From the NCBI RefSeq assembly GCF_000143415.4, contig NW_003314339.1:1-54552 (forward strand): 54,552 nucleotides of DNA. Direction: 5' to 3'. The stretch is from Selaginella moellendorffii. Taxonomy: Eukaryota; Plantae; Lycopodiophyta. Both the position numbers and the translations under genes were made by a program. Below the pieces are notes generated by a model. That model was not told where the DNA came from. It did not search any database and saw only the letters and a list, made by a program, of their open reading frames with translations. Below are positions 1 through 12,383 of this stretch, piece by piece (the stretch's first letter is position 1; every line of letters begins with the position of its first letter).

Positions 1-160
1 TCAAGTTCGAGATAAAGTCCAAAATTAGGTCCAAGATTGAGTTTGAGATTGAGTTTGACTTTGACTTTAAGTCCGAGACTGAGTTTGAGTCAATCTGAGA
101 CCAAATCTAAGACTAAATCCAAGACCCAGTCTAAGTTTGAGTTTAAGATTAATCTAAGGG
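1..160. repeat. Degenerate 6-bp-period low-complexity repeat (GAGTTT/GAGATT/GACTTT/AAGTCC)
   Basis: Runs such as gagttt gagatt gagttt gacttt gacttt aagtcc gagact gagttt are visible directly. Confidence 0.6.
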
Positions 161-301
161 TGAAAGCCCAAAGTAGTCTTCTCCCAAACCCTAAGAAGTT
201 TGGCAAATCCTTGTAAGATGGAAGAAAACCACACTCACATGATGGATGATAATATAACCAGTGGGGAGTCTAATGCTAAAGTGAACATAGATGGATATAT
301 G

Positions 302-496
302 TGTAACGCTCCTGAGTTTGGACTTCCCGGGAGGTCACCCAGCCCAGTACTATTCAAACCCAAGGATGCTTAACCCCAAATATCCCAAGACCCTTAACCG
401 ATTGGAAAAGGGGGTGCACTCTTGTTCATGGGCCCTTTCCCTCTATATTTGAACCCTATGGATCGTCTCTCAAGTCGTTCCCTTTGGTTGCTTACA
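302..496 (-). mobile_element. Solo LTR with 5S rRNA-derived core (Cassandra-like TRIM LTR)
   Basis: TGTAA (302)...TTACA (496) termini, 5-bp TSD ATATG at 297-301 and 497-501, and an internal 5S-like segment. Confidence 0.85.
320..374 (-). promoter_or_regulatory. 5S rRNA internal control region (A-box/IE/C-box)-like segment
   Basis: Minus strand reads GTTAAGCATCCTTGGGTTTGAATAGTACTGGGCTGGGTGACCTCCCGGGAAGTCC. By eye about 46/55 bases match the plant 5S rRNA sequence as I recall it (GTTAAGCGTGCTTGGGCGAGAGTAGTACTAGGATGGGTGACCTCCTGGGAAGTCC). Confidence 0.85.
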
Positions 497-699
497 ATAT
501 GAAGTGATTTGGTGGTGTTTAGCAAATATAATAAGCTATCATTGATGATATTAAGGGATTAGTTTTAATACATAAGGGTTCTTGTTACTAACTAGTGCAA
601 AACATAATGAGATGAGAACTCTTTACTAGGCTAAGTATTTGTATAACATATATTCATATTCTAGATGCAAATTGGCAGAAGCTGGATCCTAGGAGCTAA

Positions 700-2330
700 A
701 ATACCATCTTCATGGGCTATCATGCTCATTCTAAGACTTACCACCTTCATGATCTTGCTCTCAAAAAGCTCATAGTTACTTAAGATGTTTCTTTCAATGA
801 GCAAGAACTCTATCACCATATTCAAAGTGTTAACTTCCTCTAGTTCTAATGTGGTGGACTTGTCCCTCGTCTTGGATGAGGAGCTCATCCAACAAGCACA
901 AGCAGTTCAAAGTTAGCTTGTTCCAAGAGGAGCAACACCTCCTCCACTTGGCAGTGGCATGACTTCCCCACCAACTTTGCTGCTAGTCATGATTGGAGGC
1001 TCTTCTAGCTCGCCTCCTCTAGATCCTCTCTTGACACCACCACCTCATCAAGAGATTAAGGCTGTTACACATTCAAGACATATGAACAAGTAAATGCTCA
1101 AAGCTCTTGAGTCATTTGCTCAAGCTCTATGCATTCTACTAGGCCATGAGCTCCATTGCTAAGCCTCATGGCTACCAAGTTATTCATTCCAATCCTAATG
1201 CCTTACAGTGGCAAGTGGCTATACATGATGAGTATGACTCATTGATCATGAATGGAACTTGGATGTTGGTTCCCCTCCCTCCTAGCAAGAAGGCAATTAC
1301 AGCCAAGTGGCTCTTCAAAAAGAAATACCAAGCTGATGGTAGTGTCAAGTTGATGGAGCTCTAGGTCAAGCTCAATTGCAAGGCCCATCAAAAGACAAAT
1401 GGTTTTTAGCTCATAGTAGTCAACTCCCTATATTTGTGAGAAGCTATAAGCTATGAAGCATGCCTTGTAGCGCTCAATATGATCTCAACGGTGATCTTGA
1501 GGAGGAAGTACAAGTAAAGCCTAATGAGGTAGAAAACCATTAATCTTAGTGTACCATGACCTGGGGCTTTGTTTCACCCTATAGAGTGCCTTGTGTAAGT
1601 AGTAGATGAGATGCTCCTGATTGGGATGTACAAACCTAGGAGGTTGGGTGGAGGTGTAGACTGATAAGAATCTCTACATATATCAAGATGGCCAAGGATT
1701 TCTATTCTTAGCCTTATATGTGGATTAGCCTCCAATAAGATGTGGCTCATCAACTAGATTAAGACTTATCTCTCTGCTAAATTTGAGATGACTAATCTGG
1801 GAGATTTGCACTATTGCTTCAGAATTCAAGTCTACTGAGATAGGCAACATGGAGTATTTGAGCTCTCTAAAGAGAAATACATCCACAACATTCTCCAAAG
1901 GTGCTTTATGCTTAATGCTAACTCAGTGGCTACTCCCATGGAAGCAGGCTCAAAGTTGTCTAAGGCCTTTAACTCGACATCAACTCTAGATGACACTCCC
2001 AAGGAGGAGAACACAACACTATACTGTTCAATGGTTGAGAGCCTCATCTACTTGATAGCCTTGACTAAGCTTGACCTCGCATCCAGTATGGGAGCAATCT
2101 CAAAGTTCTTGGACAACCTTCATCACCACATTGGGCTGATATGAAGTAGATCATAAGGTATGTGAGTGGTACAAGGAACTACACACTGAAATATGTAAGA
2201 GGAAATGGAGACAATGGTCTGGTGGAATATATAGACACAAACTAGGCAAGAGATCTAGATGATAGAAGATCTACCTCAGGGTATGTCTTCATGTACAACC
2301 ATAATGTGGTTAATTGGTGTTGTAAGAGGC
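700..2330 (+). pseudogene. pol: Degenerate Ty1/copia pol remnant (integrase C-terminus, RT, RNase H start)
   Basis: Motifs in copia order: IFMGY and KKLIVT*DVSFNE (~707-800), EYDSLIMNGTWMLVPLP..KWLFKKK (1146-1364), LNGDLEEEV, ILALYVD, FEMTNLG, NSVATPM, YCSMVESLIYL, DRRSTSGYVF. Many stops and frameshifts. Confidence 0.85.
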
Positions 2331-2331
2331 A

Positions 2332-2960
2332 GCAGGAGGCAGACAGGTCAAACAATGACAGAGTGTTCACCCCTACGAGCTCCACTAGAATCTCTCCATG
2401 TAAGTGGTTATATGACATATCCAGTTGCTCCAGCTCCTTAAGCATGCCCAATGTTTTGGGAAGCTCACTAGTGATGTTGTTGTGTGACAAGTTGAGGTAC
2501 TGAAGGCCAATTGGAAGCTCTCCACATAAAAATTGGATGACAAGTCAAGCAATGTAGTTGTCCCAAAGAAACATTCATATCCCGTGTACTGTCCTTTGAC
2601 TTGCAAGAACAAGTCACATCCACCACTTGCAGCTGTGTTATGTATCATATCTGGCAAAAATCCTTTAAATTGGATGCCTCCCCACTTAGCTGGTGAAAGT
2701 TGACGAGAATCTCACCACTGAAATTATTTCTTCTCAGACCAATTAACTCCAACAAAGTGTTGGTGCCAAATGGAAGTAATGGGAATTTCCCTCCTTAATT
2801 ATTCCATGGCCAAGGACAAATATCTCCATTACTTGTTAGCAATGTCCATGGATATAGTTATTTCCAAGCTTTAGCTGCTCTAGCTTTGTGCAGTTTTCAA
2901 AGTGAACGTGGAATGCTTCCAATGAGCTTGAAGTTTGAACGTGTGGTTAAGCTACACAAT
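2332..2960 (-). pseudogene. LRR receptor-like protein pseudogene fragment
   Basis: Plant LRR repeats LLDLSSN, SHNNITSELPKTLGMLKELEQLDMSYNHLHGEI, NNFSGEI, spread over several frames. Confidence 0.8.
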
Positions 2961-3233
2961 CACATTTTCAACCTGGGACACCCCTGATTCAAGTGAAGTC
3001 ATATCCTAAATAAAAGAGCCTATAATGTAATGTAATGTCTCTTTGTATTGCCAGTAGACAAGTATATTATGTGGGTGTTGGAGGAGCTGAGGTGGAGTCT
3101 AGTTAAGAGTCCCTGTCTGGTGCAGGCGGGCGACTGCTCTGCATATGTTTGGCTTGACTTGCTTTGCTTGGCACCACAATGAGCATTGTGGTTGAAATAA
3201 TTATTAATTTAAACCTTTGTTCTTAAGAGTCAA

Positions 3234-4117
3234 ATGGTCAACTCTAAATCCAAAATGCTTCTTCCGGTTCAAGAGGGCATTGCCATTGACGCAGAGGAGT
3301 TTGGGGCTCTTGTGTCAAGATGTGGCAGATCCAATGCCCTGGAAGCAGGCAAGCGCTTGCACGCAGCTGCGATTCCATGGGCGCCAGGATCGATAATCTT
3401 CTCGTGGAGATGTATGGCAAATTGCGCACGACGCCATTGCCGACAAGAACGTCTTCTCTTGGGGATCGTGGCCTAATGCTAGCAGGGATGAGAGATTTAA
3501 GGTTCTTGGGGAGATGTGCATGGAGGGAGTGAAACCGGACAAGGTGGCGTTCCTTAGCCTGGTGAGGTCTTGCTTGACGCTGGAGCATGGCAACCTTGTT
3601 CGATCGCTCCTCGAGGAGTGTGGCCTTAGGGATTTGCAGATTGCCACAGAGCTTCTGAGGATGTATGGATCACTGCAGGAAGGCCGAGTGGCTGGAAAGG
3701 ATTTCGAGAGTCTTGGACAGAAAGATCTGGTGGCCTGGAACGCGATGTCATGCCCAGTGCGGGCAATGCTAAAAAGCATTTGCAATTTACGAGAGGATGC
3801 CTTTGAAAGCGGACAAAGTCACCTACACGATGCTTCTTTCATGCTGTGATGATCTGGGCGATGGAGAAGAGATCCATGCTTGTAGTGAGGGATGGGACCG
3901 AATGGGACGTTGCCATGTCCACTGCATTGGTGCGCTGCTACGGTCGCTGCGGAAATCCAGAGAAAGCAGTGGCTGTGTTTGAGAATTTCTCAGGGAACAA
4001 GGACGTAGGGCTGTGGACTGCGATGATCCTCTGCCTCGCTCAGAACCAAAATATCACTGAAGCCATTCAAGTTTTCGAACAGCAAGGTTTTCGAGCAAGC
4101 AACTTTCCGCTGGTTGC
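3234..4117 (+). pseudogene. PLS-class pentatricopeptide repeat (PPR) pseudogene, cut by an LTR insertion
   Basis: NLLVEMYGK, MEGVKPDKVAFLSL, KDLVAWNAM, TALVRCYGRCG, DVGLWTAMI in several frames. Ends at the LTR start at 4118. Confidence 0.85.
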
Positions 4118-4412
4118 TGTAGCAACCAAAAACCCAGGTTCAGGGGACTCCGACTTTGAACCCAGGGCTGCATCGGAGCCATAGATTAAATCATGCACAG
4201 CATATAGTATATGCTAGCAGTTAGAACCGCTAGCCTTTCAAAAGGGGGAATCCGAATTGTGAATCCCTATCTCCATTCCATTGTTTTTCTTATCAATACA
4301 CAGCATTCTTTTACTCGTGCTTCTTCTCTGCCCTTGGAGATCGGGACCTTCTCTCTTTTGTTTTCTTACAAACAATAGATTTCCAGCGAAGAAGAGTTTT
4401 CACACCTCTTCA
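4118..4412 (+). repeat. 5' LTR of family A copy 1
   Basis: TGTAGCAACC...CCTCTTCA; about 7 differences from 14400-14694. Confidence 0.95.
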
Positions 4413-4414
4413 TT

Positions 4415-4426
4415 TGGCGACCACGG
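4415..4426 (+). promoter_or_regulatory. Primer binding site (tRNA-Arg-like), truncated
   Basis: TGGCGACCACGG directly after the LTR. Copy 2 has the longer TGGCGACCACGGTGGGA, which resembles the complement of a plant tRNA-Arg 3' end. Confidence 0.7.
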
Positions 4427-5044
4427 CTTCTGAATTCCCCTTTACGTTCACAAATTTTTCCATTTTTTTCTCCATTCTCTGTGCGCNNNNNNNNNNNNNN
4501 NNNNNNNNNNNNNNNNNNNNNNNNNNNNNNNNNNNNNNNNNNNNNNNNNNNNNNNNNNNNNNNNNNNNNNNNNNNNNNNNNNNNNNNNNNNNNNNNNNNN
4601 NNNNNNNNNNNNNNNNNNNNNNNNNNNNNNNNNNNNNNNNNNNNNNNNNNNNNNNNNNNNNNNNNNNNNNNNNNNNNNNNNNNNNNNNNNNNNNNNNNNN
4701 NNNNNNNNNNNNNNNNNNNNNNNNNNNNNNNNNNNNNNNNNNNNNNNNNNNNNNNNNNNNNNNNNNNNNNNNNNNNNNNNNNNNNNNNNNNNNNNNNNNN
4801 NNNNNNNNNNNNNNNNNNNNNNNNNNNNNNNNNNNNNNNNNNNNNNNNNNNNNNNNNNNNNNNNNNNNNNNNNNNNNNNNNNNNNNNNNNNNNNNNNNNN
4901 NNNNNNNNNNNNNNNNNNNNNNNNNNNNNNNNNNNNNNNNNNNNNNNNNNNNNNNNNNNNNNNNNNNNNNNNNNNNNNNNNNNNNNNNNNNNNNNNNNNN
5001 NNNNNNNNNNNNNNNNNNNNNNNNNNNNNNNNNNNNNNNNNNNN

Positions 5045-8000
5045 CTTCACAACGCACCACCGATTTTTCGACAACCCCTCCGACAAAGTCAGCAGCTCAG
5101 CACTGAAACAACAGTCCGAACTCGGTTCGAAATCAACACGTTCGCTGCAACAACTCTCGCCAATCACGCCATCGCCCAATCCGGACTCGAACAACTCGAC
5201 GACATTATCGAAGAAATCATTCCAGACAAACCCGAATATCCAAAACTCTTCATTGAACTCCATCTCGGCACCAGCACGTGGAAGACCAGTTTGCATACTG
5301 CACCAGCACACTCGACCCAACACAACTCGGCTGAACACAACCCAACCCAACACACACCACCGTCGATATTTGCACTGAAAAGAAAGAACAAGCTCACAAC
5401 AACTTTATCAACAATTGGCCCACCGACAGTCTTCCCAAAGTTCTGCCCGAACTGCATGATTGACTGCAGACACAAATCTGACACCGACAACCAGTACAAG
5501 AATGCATGTATCCAAAACCACGAAGAACATCCAGCAAGTTGGAAGAAGACCGACAACGGCTTATCCGACGTTTAGATAGAGATTTGAAGAATTTAGAAAC
5601 AAAGAGAAAGAAAGACCAAGAGAAGTTGAATCAAATTGTTAGACCCTCCAAGAGAGAGAATTACATCCGACACGAATTATTACCGCGAGCTAACTCCGAC
5701 GAATCAGTATCGGACATCCGCGAAGAATACGACAACTACACAACACCACCGGACACACCACCGGCAACACCCTCGACAGCACCCACCGAAGTGCCTGAGC
5801 CTGAATCAGCACCCTCGACGGCACCCACCAAAGTGCCCGAGCCCAACCGAACATTCAAGCAGTTGACACAGACTACGCCCGAGCAACAAAACATTTTTCA
5901 AGCAGCATACAACCACTTCAAAGGTACATTCACCAACCCCATCTACAGTGACAACGAACGACCAAGTTTCCCGCCCAGGTTCACAGACTTCACCAGACCA
6001 GCACCATTTTTGCCATACCGACCAATCTTCACAACACCAATATATCCCACATTTGCTTCCAACATCTACCGAAGCCCGCTATCAGCAAGACCTTTCGAAC
6101 ACGCTTTCGACTTCAATGTGCCGACGAGACAACAACTCGACTTCACTAATTACAGTCGCACTCCGATATACCCAGTCAACAGCAGTCAAGACAAACAACC
6201 CGAATCCTCCAATAGTCAAGCACTCGACGTCAACAACTCACACCGAACTGCCGAACAGCTACAATCATACAACAACAACGAGATCGACGAACCAGTTGTC
6301 GACAACAAGAATCTTCCACAGCAACTACAGTCACCACACAACTATACGTTCGAAGAACTCTTTGACAATTTAGAAGAACAACCACAACCAACACAACATA
6401 ACTCCGACAAGTACGTCGACAACAAGTTCAAGCACCATCTTCCCAAAATCAACACCGGCAAGCAACCCAACACCCACGACGACGTCGACGACACACCCAA
6501 CAACAGTCCCAACACAGAAGAACAAACAGCGAAGAGTCCACTAAAAACCAACAACAATTCACCACCTTCCTCTTACACCAACTTTGCCATCGACCCCGAC
6601 AACCCCTTGCTACAAATCACCTTAGCACTCCACGGTGACAACCTGACAAAACAATCTCGACAATACCGACATTACTACCAACAACAAATGGCAGTCACTA
6701 CTGCCGTCACCAACATACCTGTCGGAAGACACATCTCCTATCCACTATTTCATGGTCTGAAGTCAGAAGACACTGAGAAACATGTTGAACAGTTCCGAGA
6801 AGCAATCTGAATCAATGGCCAGACGACTGAACTTCCATACTACTTTCGATGTACCCTTCGAAAAAGAGCCAATGAATGGGCTCAAACACTTCCTCAAAAT
6901 ACAAGTTTCGACGACCTCGCACTCAAGCTCGTAGACTGATTCAAGTCTTCCCTCACTCAAAGCCAACGACTTCACAAGATCCAAAAACTCAAACAGAAGT
7001 CTGGACAATCCATCGACGACTACACTCAAACCTTCACTCGACATGCCAGCAAATGCGGCAACAGTGCCACCGAAACATTACTTTACCAATGGTACATGCA
7101 AGGCCTCCGACGATCCCTCCGAGAAGCGGCAACACACATCAACGTTGCCACTTATCTCGAACTCGCAAGAGCCCTTCAAGATGTTCAAGCTCAACGAATG
7201 ACAGCACAAGTAGATGACACGGATAACTCAGATTCTGATAGCAGTTCCAACGACGACTCCAATGATGAACTCGGAGAGAGCACCAAGTCAAAACTTCGGA
7301 AACTTAGGAAAACAATTGACAAGCTCAAGGGAAAAGCCAAGGCCGACATCAAAGAATTTCGATCTGGAATTTTGTGTACTAAGTGCAAGAACGAAGGACA
7401 TCCGGCAAGTGACTGCAAGCTCCAAATCTCCAAATGCCAGATCTGTACCAAAGAAGGTCATGACGCCAAGACTTGCAGATTTCGAAATTCTCCAGAAGTT
7501 CGACAAGTCTCGAACTATCCCCGACAGCAGTTTCGACAACCATATCCAAATCAATACTTCGACAATTACCAGCCACCACCTCTGACAAACTGGAGACCAC
7601 CGAGAAACAACTTCCAACACCAGAGTCGACAATGGAATGATCAACCTCGCTATAACAACTACAACAATTACAACGACTACAACAACTACTACAACAATCG
7701 ACAACACCCGCCAAACCAGAACTACCCAGCAAACCGAGACAACAACAACCAAGGATACCAACAATACCCAAGATACCAGAACCCAAGATACCAAGGCCAA
7801 GGTTATCAAGGCCAGGCCTACCAAGGCAACTACAACAACCGACCATGGCAACCTCGACTTCAAAACCAAGGCGGTCCACCGAGACTTGGTCCACCGCCTC
7901 CTCGACAACAAGATCAGAACCAGCAGCAACCACCAACAACAAGGATGGTCGAGACCGACGAACTACCTTATGCTGACAATGACGACTCAGATCCTCAAGT

Positions 8001-8500
8001 CATGGCAGTACAAACCCGAGCACAAATTTGAGCAGAAAAACAACAACAACCGGACAGAGATTCCGGAGATAGTGAAGAAAAAGGCCCTAAGAGCCCGACA
8101 AAACTCCGGGAATGGAAAAAGAAGCAGAAGTTAGCTGCCAAGATACAGCAGCAACTCGCTCTACAACCACCCGAATTAGTGATTTTAGACTCCGACAATG
8201 AAGCTCAACCATCACCAGCTCGACAACAATGCCAAGACTCAATACCAAAAAACGGACAGACAAATCGTCCAACATCGACACCGACACCAGAACACAATTC
8301 GGCAAACTTCAACAAAATCCAAGCAGTCGCAGAGACTATCCTCAACCAAAATATTCAGATCACCATCGGCCAACTGCTGAAGATTGCACCCTACCTCACC
8401 AAACAGCTCACCGATCTGACATCTGCACCGACACACACTTTGATAGACTCACCCACACTCAACTCGACACAGACAGCTATTGACACATTTCGAACCAAGA
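5045..8500 (+). pseudogene. gag: gag with long N-terminal extension and two CCHC zinc knuckles; disrupted
   Basis: YPLFHGLKSEDTEKHVEQF, A.EWAQ, LKQKSGQSIDDY, CTKCKNEGHPASDC and CQICTKEGHDAKTC. In-frame TGA stops near 6808, 6937 and 8029, where copy 2 has CGA. Confidence 0.88.
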
Positions 8501-11500
8501 TTCAACCAGGCGATTGTGACAATGATGTTCCGACAATCGACCTACGACTCGACAAACATCTTGTTCGAGGAGCCATAATTGATGGCGGCTCAGCGTTAAT
8601 ATTATTGAAGAAAGTCTTGTTCAACAACTCAACATTGGCCCAGTTCACCCAGCACCTTTCAATGTCCGAATGGCCGACCACCAATCTGTTCAACCCAAAG
8701 GCATCATCCGAAAAGTCAACACCACCATTCAAGGTGTCGAAATACCAGTCAACTATGTCGTCCTCAAACTACCGGAGCAGACCGACGGATACTCAATTCT
8801 CCTCGGTCGACCTTGGCTCCGAACTGCCCAAGTTTATCAAGATTGGCCCAATGAGAATCTTATCCTTCACGGACCAGACGGACCAACAACTGTGTCGACA
8901 AAAGCGACTAAATCGCTGTCCAGCCACAACCGACCTATTGACTTGGAAGAATATAATCTCGAAGATGGCCTCGACGACTATCAAGAACAACAAATTCTCA
9001 AAGCCTACCCCAATCTCGAACCTTTGGCCGAGATCGACCTCTTCCGAATTGTCGCCGACTTCCAACGAGAACGACCCCCGATTACATCAGCACTGAAAAA
9101 TCCAGTCACTCGAGATACAAAACTCGAAGCGCCACTGGCATTCACAGTCGACAACCACAACAAAGTTGCCTACATTCCGTCAATTCCAGCAGACCAAAAA
9201 CTCGAAAAAGTCAGCCTTGCCGACGACGGCAACGAACACTACATTGTACTTGCCACTGACATCTCGGCAAGTTTTCGAGACAAAGGCATCAATCTTCTCC
9301 GAAAGAAGAAACACTTGTTCACTTGGAGTTATCGAGACCTTAAGGGAGTTTCGCCAAAACTCAGCCTTCACACCATCACCCTTCTTCCAGACTCAAAACC
9401 AAGAAGACAAGCAGCCTACCGGATGAATCCGAATCTGATGGAACAAGCAAAGAAAGAACTCGACAAGCTTCTCCAAGTCGAGTACATCTACCCAATTCAG
9501 AATCCGATATGGCTTTCACCACTGGTGGTTGTACCGAAGAAAAATGGCAAACTTCGAATCTGTGTCAACTATAAACAGCTCAACAACGCCACCGAAAAAG
9601 ATGTCTTCCCGATACCATTTACTGACGAAGTTCTTGACGCAGTCACCGGACACGAGATGTATTCCTTCCTCGATGGTTTCTCCGGCTACAACCAAATTCA
9701 CATCGCCGAAGAAGATTAGCACAAGACAGCATTCATCAGTCCATGGGGAGCCTATGCTTATCGACGAATGCCTTTTGGACTCTGCAACACCCCATTCACC
9801 TTCCAAAGGCTTGTTACCAACACTTTCCGAGACTACCTCACTGACTTCATGAGAGTCTTCATGGACGACTTTAGCGTTTTCAGCTCGGAAGATCAACATC
9901 TTGAATGCCTGGAGAAATGCCTCAACAAGTGCGAGGAGAACAACATAGCACTCAACCCCGACAAATGCGCTTTCTTCGTCAAATCTGGAGTACTCCTCGG
10001 CCACGTTGTCTGCAAAGATGGCATTCTCATCGACAAGGACAAAGTTGACGTCATCTCCAAACTTGAACCGCCGAAGAACCAGAAAGAACTTCGGCGCTTC
10101 CTCGGCAAAGTCGGATATCACCGACGATTCATCCACAAGTACGCTCACATTGCCAAACCACTCACCGATGGACTAAAACAAGATGCCCAATGGACATGGA
10201 CGTCCAAACAGCAACAAGCATTCGACAATCTCCGACTCAAACTAACAACAGCACCGATCCTTGCCAAGCCCGACTGGACACAAGAGTTCCACATTCATGT
10301 CGACACTTCCGACGTTGCCACTGGTGCAATTCTGAGCCAAACTCAACACGACAACCGAGATCAACCGATCTACTACGCCAGCCGACTACTCAACCCAGCT
10401 GAACGAAATTACACCACTACCGAGAAAGAAGCTCTCGGCATGATCTACTCACTTCAGAAGTTTCGACACTACATACTGTCAACCAAAGTGTAATTTTTGT
10501 CGACCACAAGGCACTCCTTTACCTCATCAACAAGCCGATATTATCTGGTCGAATATCAAGATGGTTCCTTTTACTACAAGAATACAACTTTGAGATCGTC
10601 CACAAACCCGGCAAAAATCACGAGCAAGCAGATTATCTCAGCCGGATCACCACCGGCGATAAACCCGAAAGACTTACCGATGACTTACCCGACTCAAACC
10701 TATTCCGAGTTTCAATACCAGCAACCTGGCTCGACGACGTCTTCAGTTACCTGAACTCAGCAAAAGTTCCAGATCAGTACACTACGTCCGACCAAAAGAA
10801 GACTTTTGTTGCTAAAACCCGACGATACTCAGTCATCGGAGGCACTCTCTACAAACTAGGAATTGACAACATTCTTCGCCGATGCATCAAGCCGCCAACC
10901 ACAACTCAAATCATCAAGGAAGCTCATGATGGACCTTCCAGCGGACACTTCGCCGCTGACACCACAACTCGGAAGATTCTTCAAGCCGGCCTCTGGTGGC
11001 CGACACTCTGGCATGACACTGAAGAATTCTGCAAACGCTGCGACACATGTCAAAGACACCAACTACCGCCGAAAACTCAGACTCAACAACTCAACCCAAC
11101 ATTCCCAATGGCACCATTTCAGAAATGGGGACTTGACTTCATTGGACCCCAAGTCAGCACCTGTCGACGAAATCAGTACATCATTGTCGCCACCGATTAC
11201 ACTACCAAGTGGGCCGAAGCAATACCTCTCCGACATGCCACAGTGAAAGCAACAGCAACCTTCATCTACGAAAATATCATCACTCGTTTCGGCACACCAC
11301 TTGAACTCGTCACCGACAGAGGCACCCACTTCATCAACCAAACAATCGAACATCTCACCACCGAGTTCAAAATCCGACACAAAACGTCGACACCATACTA
11401 TCCTCAAGGCAACGGTCAAGCAGAAGCAATGAACAAAACACTGAAGACCATCCTCAAAAAAGTCATCAACGATTCCGGCAAAGACTGGGACGACAAACTT

Positions 11501-12079
11501 CTCGACGTACTTTGGGCCTATCGCACTGCGTATAAAGTCACCACTGACATGACGCCATTCAAACTCGTCTTTGGAACAGAAGCCATCACACCAATTGAAT
11601 TCATCGTCCCAAGCATGCGAGTCACCGTCAAGTATAATCTCGACACCCGACATGCAGTTCGAGAAAGGCTTCAGCAACTCGAACATCTCGACGAACTCCG
11701 ACTCAACGCCCTCTGGACACTTCATGCCATCCAAAAACAGAGAAAAGCTCGGCACGACCGACAAGCATCCCGGCATAACATTCCCAAATACAGCGTCGAC
11801 GACCATGTTCTCTGGTACCGAGGACCCATCGGCAAACTTGGCCAAAAACTCCACACCAACTGGCAAGGACCTTTAAAAATCATTGAACTATACCCCAACG
11901 GCACCGCCAAAGTCAGCACACTTGCTGAAGACTTCACTGAGATCGTCAACCTCAACAAGCTTCGACCATATCACGTCAACATATTCAGCATCAGCACCTC
12001 AACAAATTTCAGACCCAAACCGACAAACACCCCAAAACCAACAATCAACACTCACCCCAATAGACAAACTTTAACTTAA
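8501..12079 (+). pseudogene. pol: pol: aspartic protease, RT, RNase H, integrase; disrupted
   Basis: AIIDGGS, ILLGRPWL, LRICVNYKQLN, FLDGFSGYNQI, MPFGL, FMDD, HVDTSD..NYTTTEKE, H..H/CKRCDTCQR, KWGLDFIGP, TDRGTHF, PQGNGQAE, WQGP. Frameshift at ~8593 and stops at 9717 and 10491. Confidence 0.93.
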
Positions 12080-12383
12080 ATCAGTTCGACACAACTCAAC
12101 TCAACTCAACAAGAACTCATCCACCAACTTCAGCAACAAACAGCAGCAAAAATCTGTAAGTCCCAAGCTACCGTTGGATCAACGCCACCTGAGCAAATAT
12201 CAACAGTTGAACTTGAGTTAACTTCATCACCAATATCCACCATTGATTTGCAATCAAGCCACACATCAATTCCGTCAACAAATCTCGACCGTTCATCACC
12301 AGCAATCGAGCGCCGCATGATCAGCCAACCAACAGTTACAGGTTTCAAGAACCCTAACGGGGTGAGCACTTCGATCGCAGAAA

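Noticed and set aside
158-173. 16-bp match GGGTGAAAGCCCAAAG to family C LTRs
   Set aside because: Too short and without flanking similarity to call an LTR fragment.
320-374. Functional 5S rRNA gene
   Set aside because: Only ~55 of ~120 nt are present, embedded in an LTR with a TSD.
4410-5353. Long ORFs spanning N runs (also 25593-26791, 45578-45972, 49319-49613, 50129-51151)
   Set aside because: Their lengths are artefacts of the gaps at 4487-5044, 25890-26645, 45781-45885, 49466-49565 and 50170-50538.
7288-7942. Hydrophobic Val-rich antisense ORFs (also 46489-47143 and 47744-48401)
   Set aside because: Shadows of the AAC/CAA-rich gag linker, not membrane proteins.
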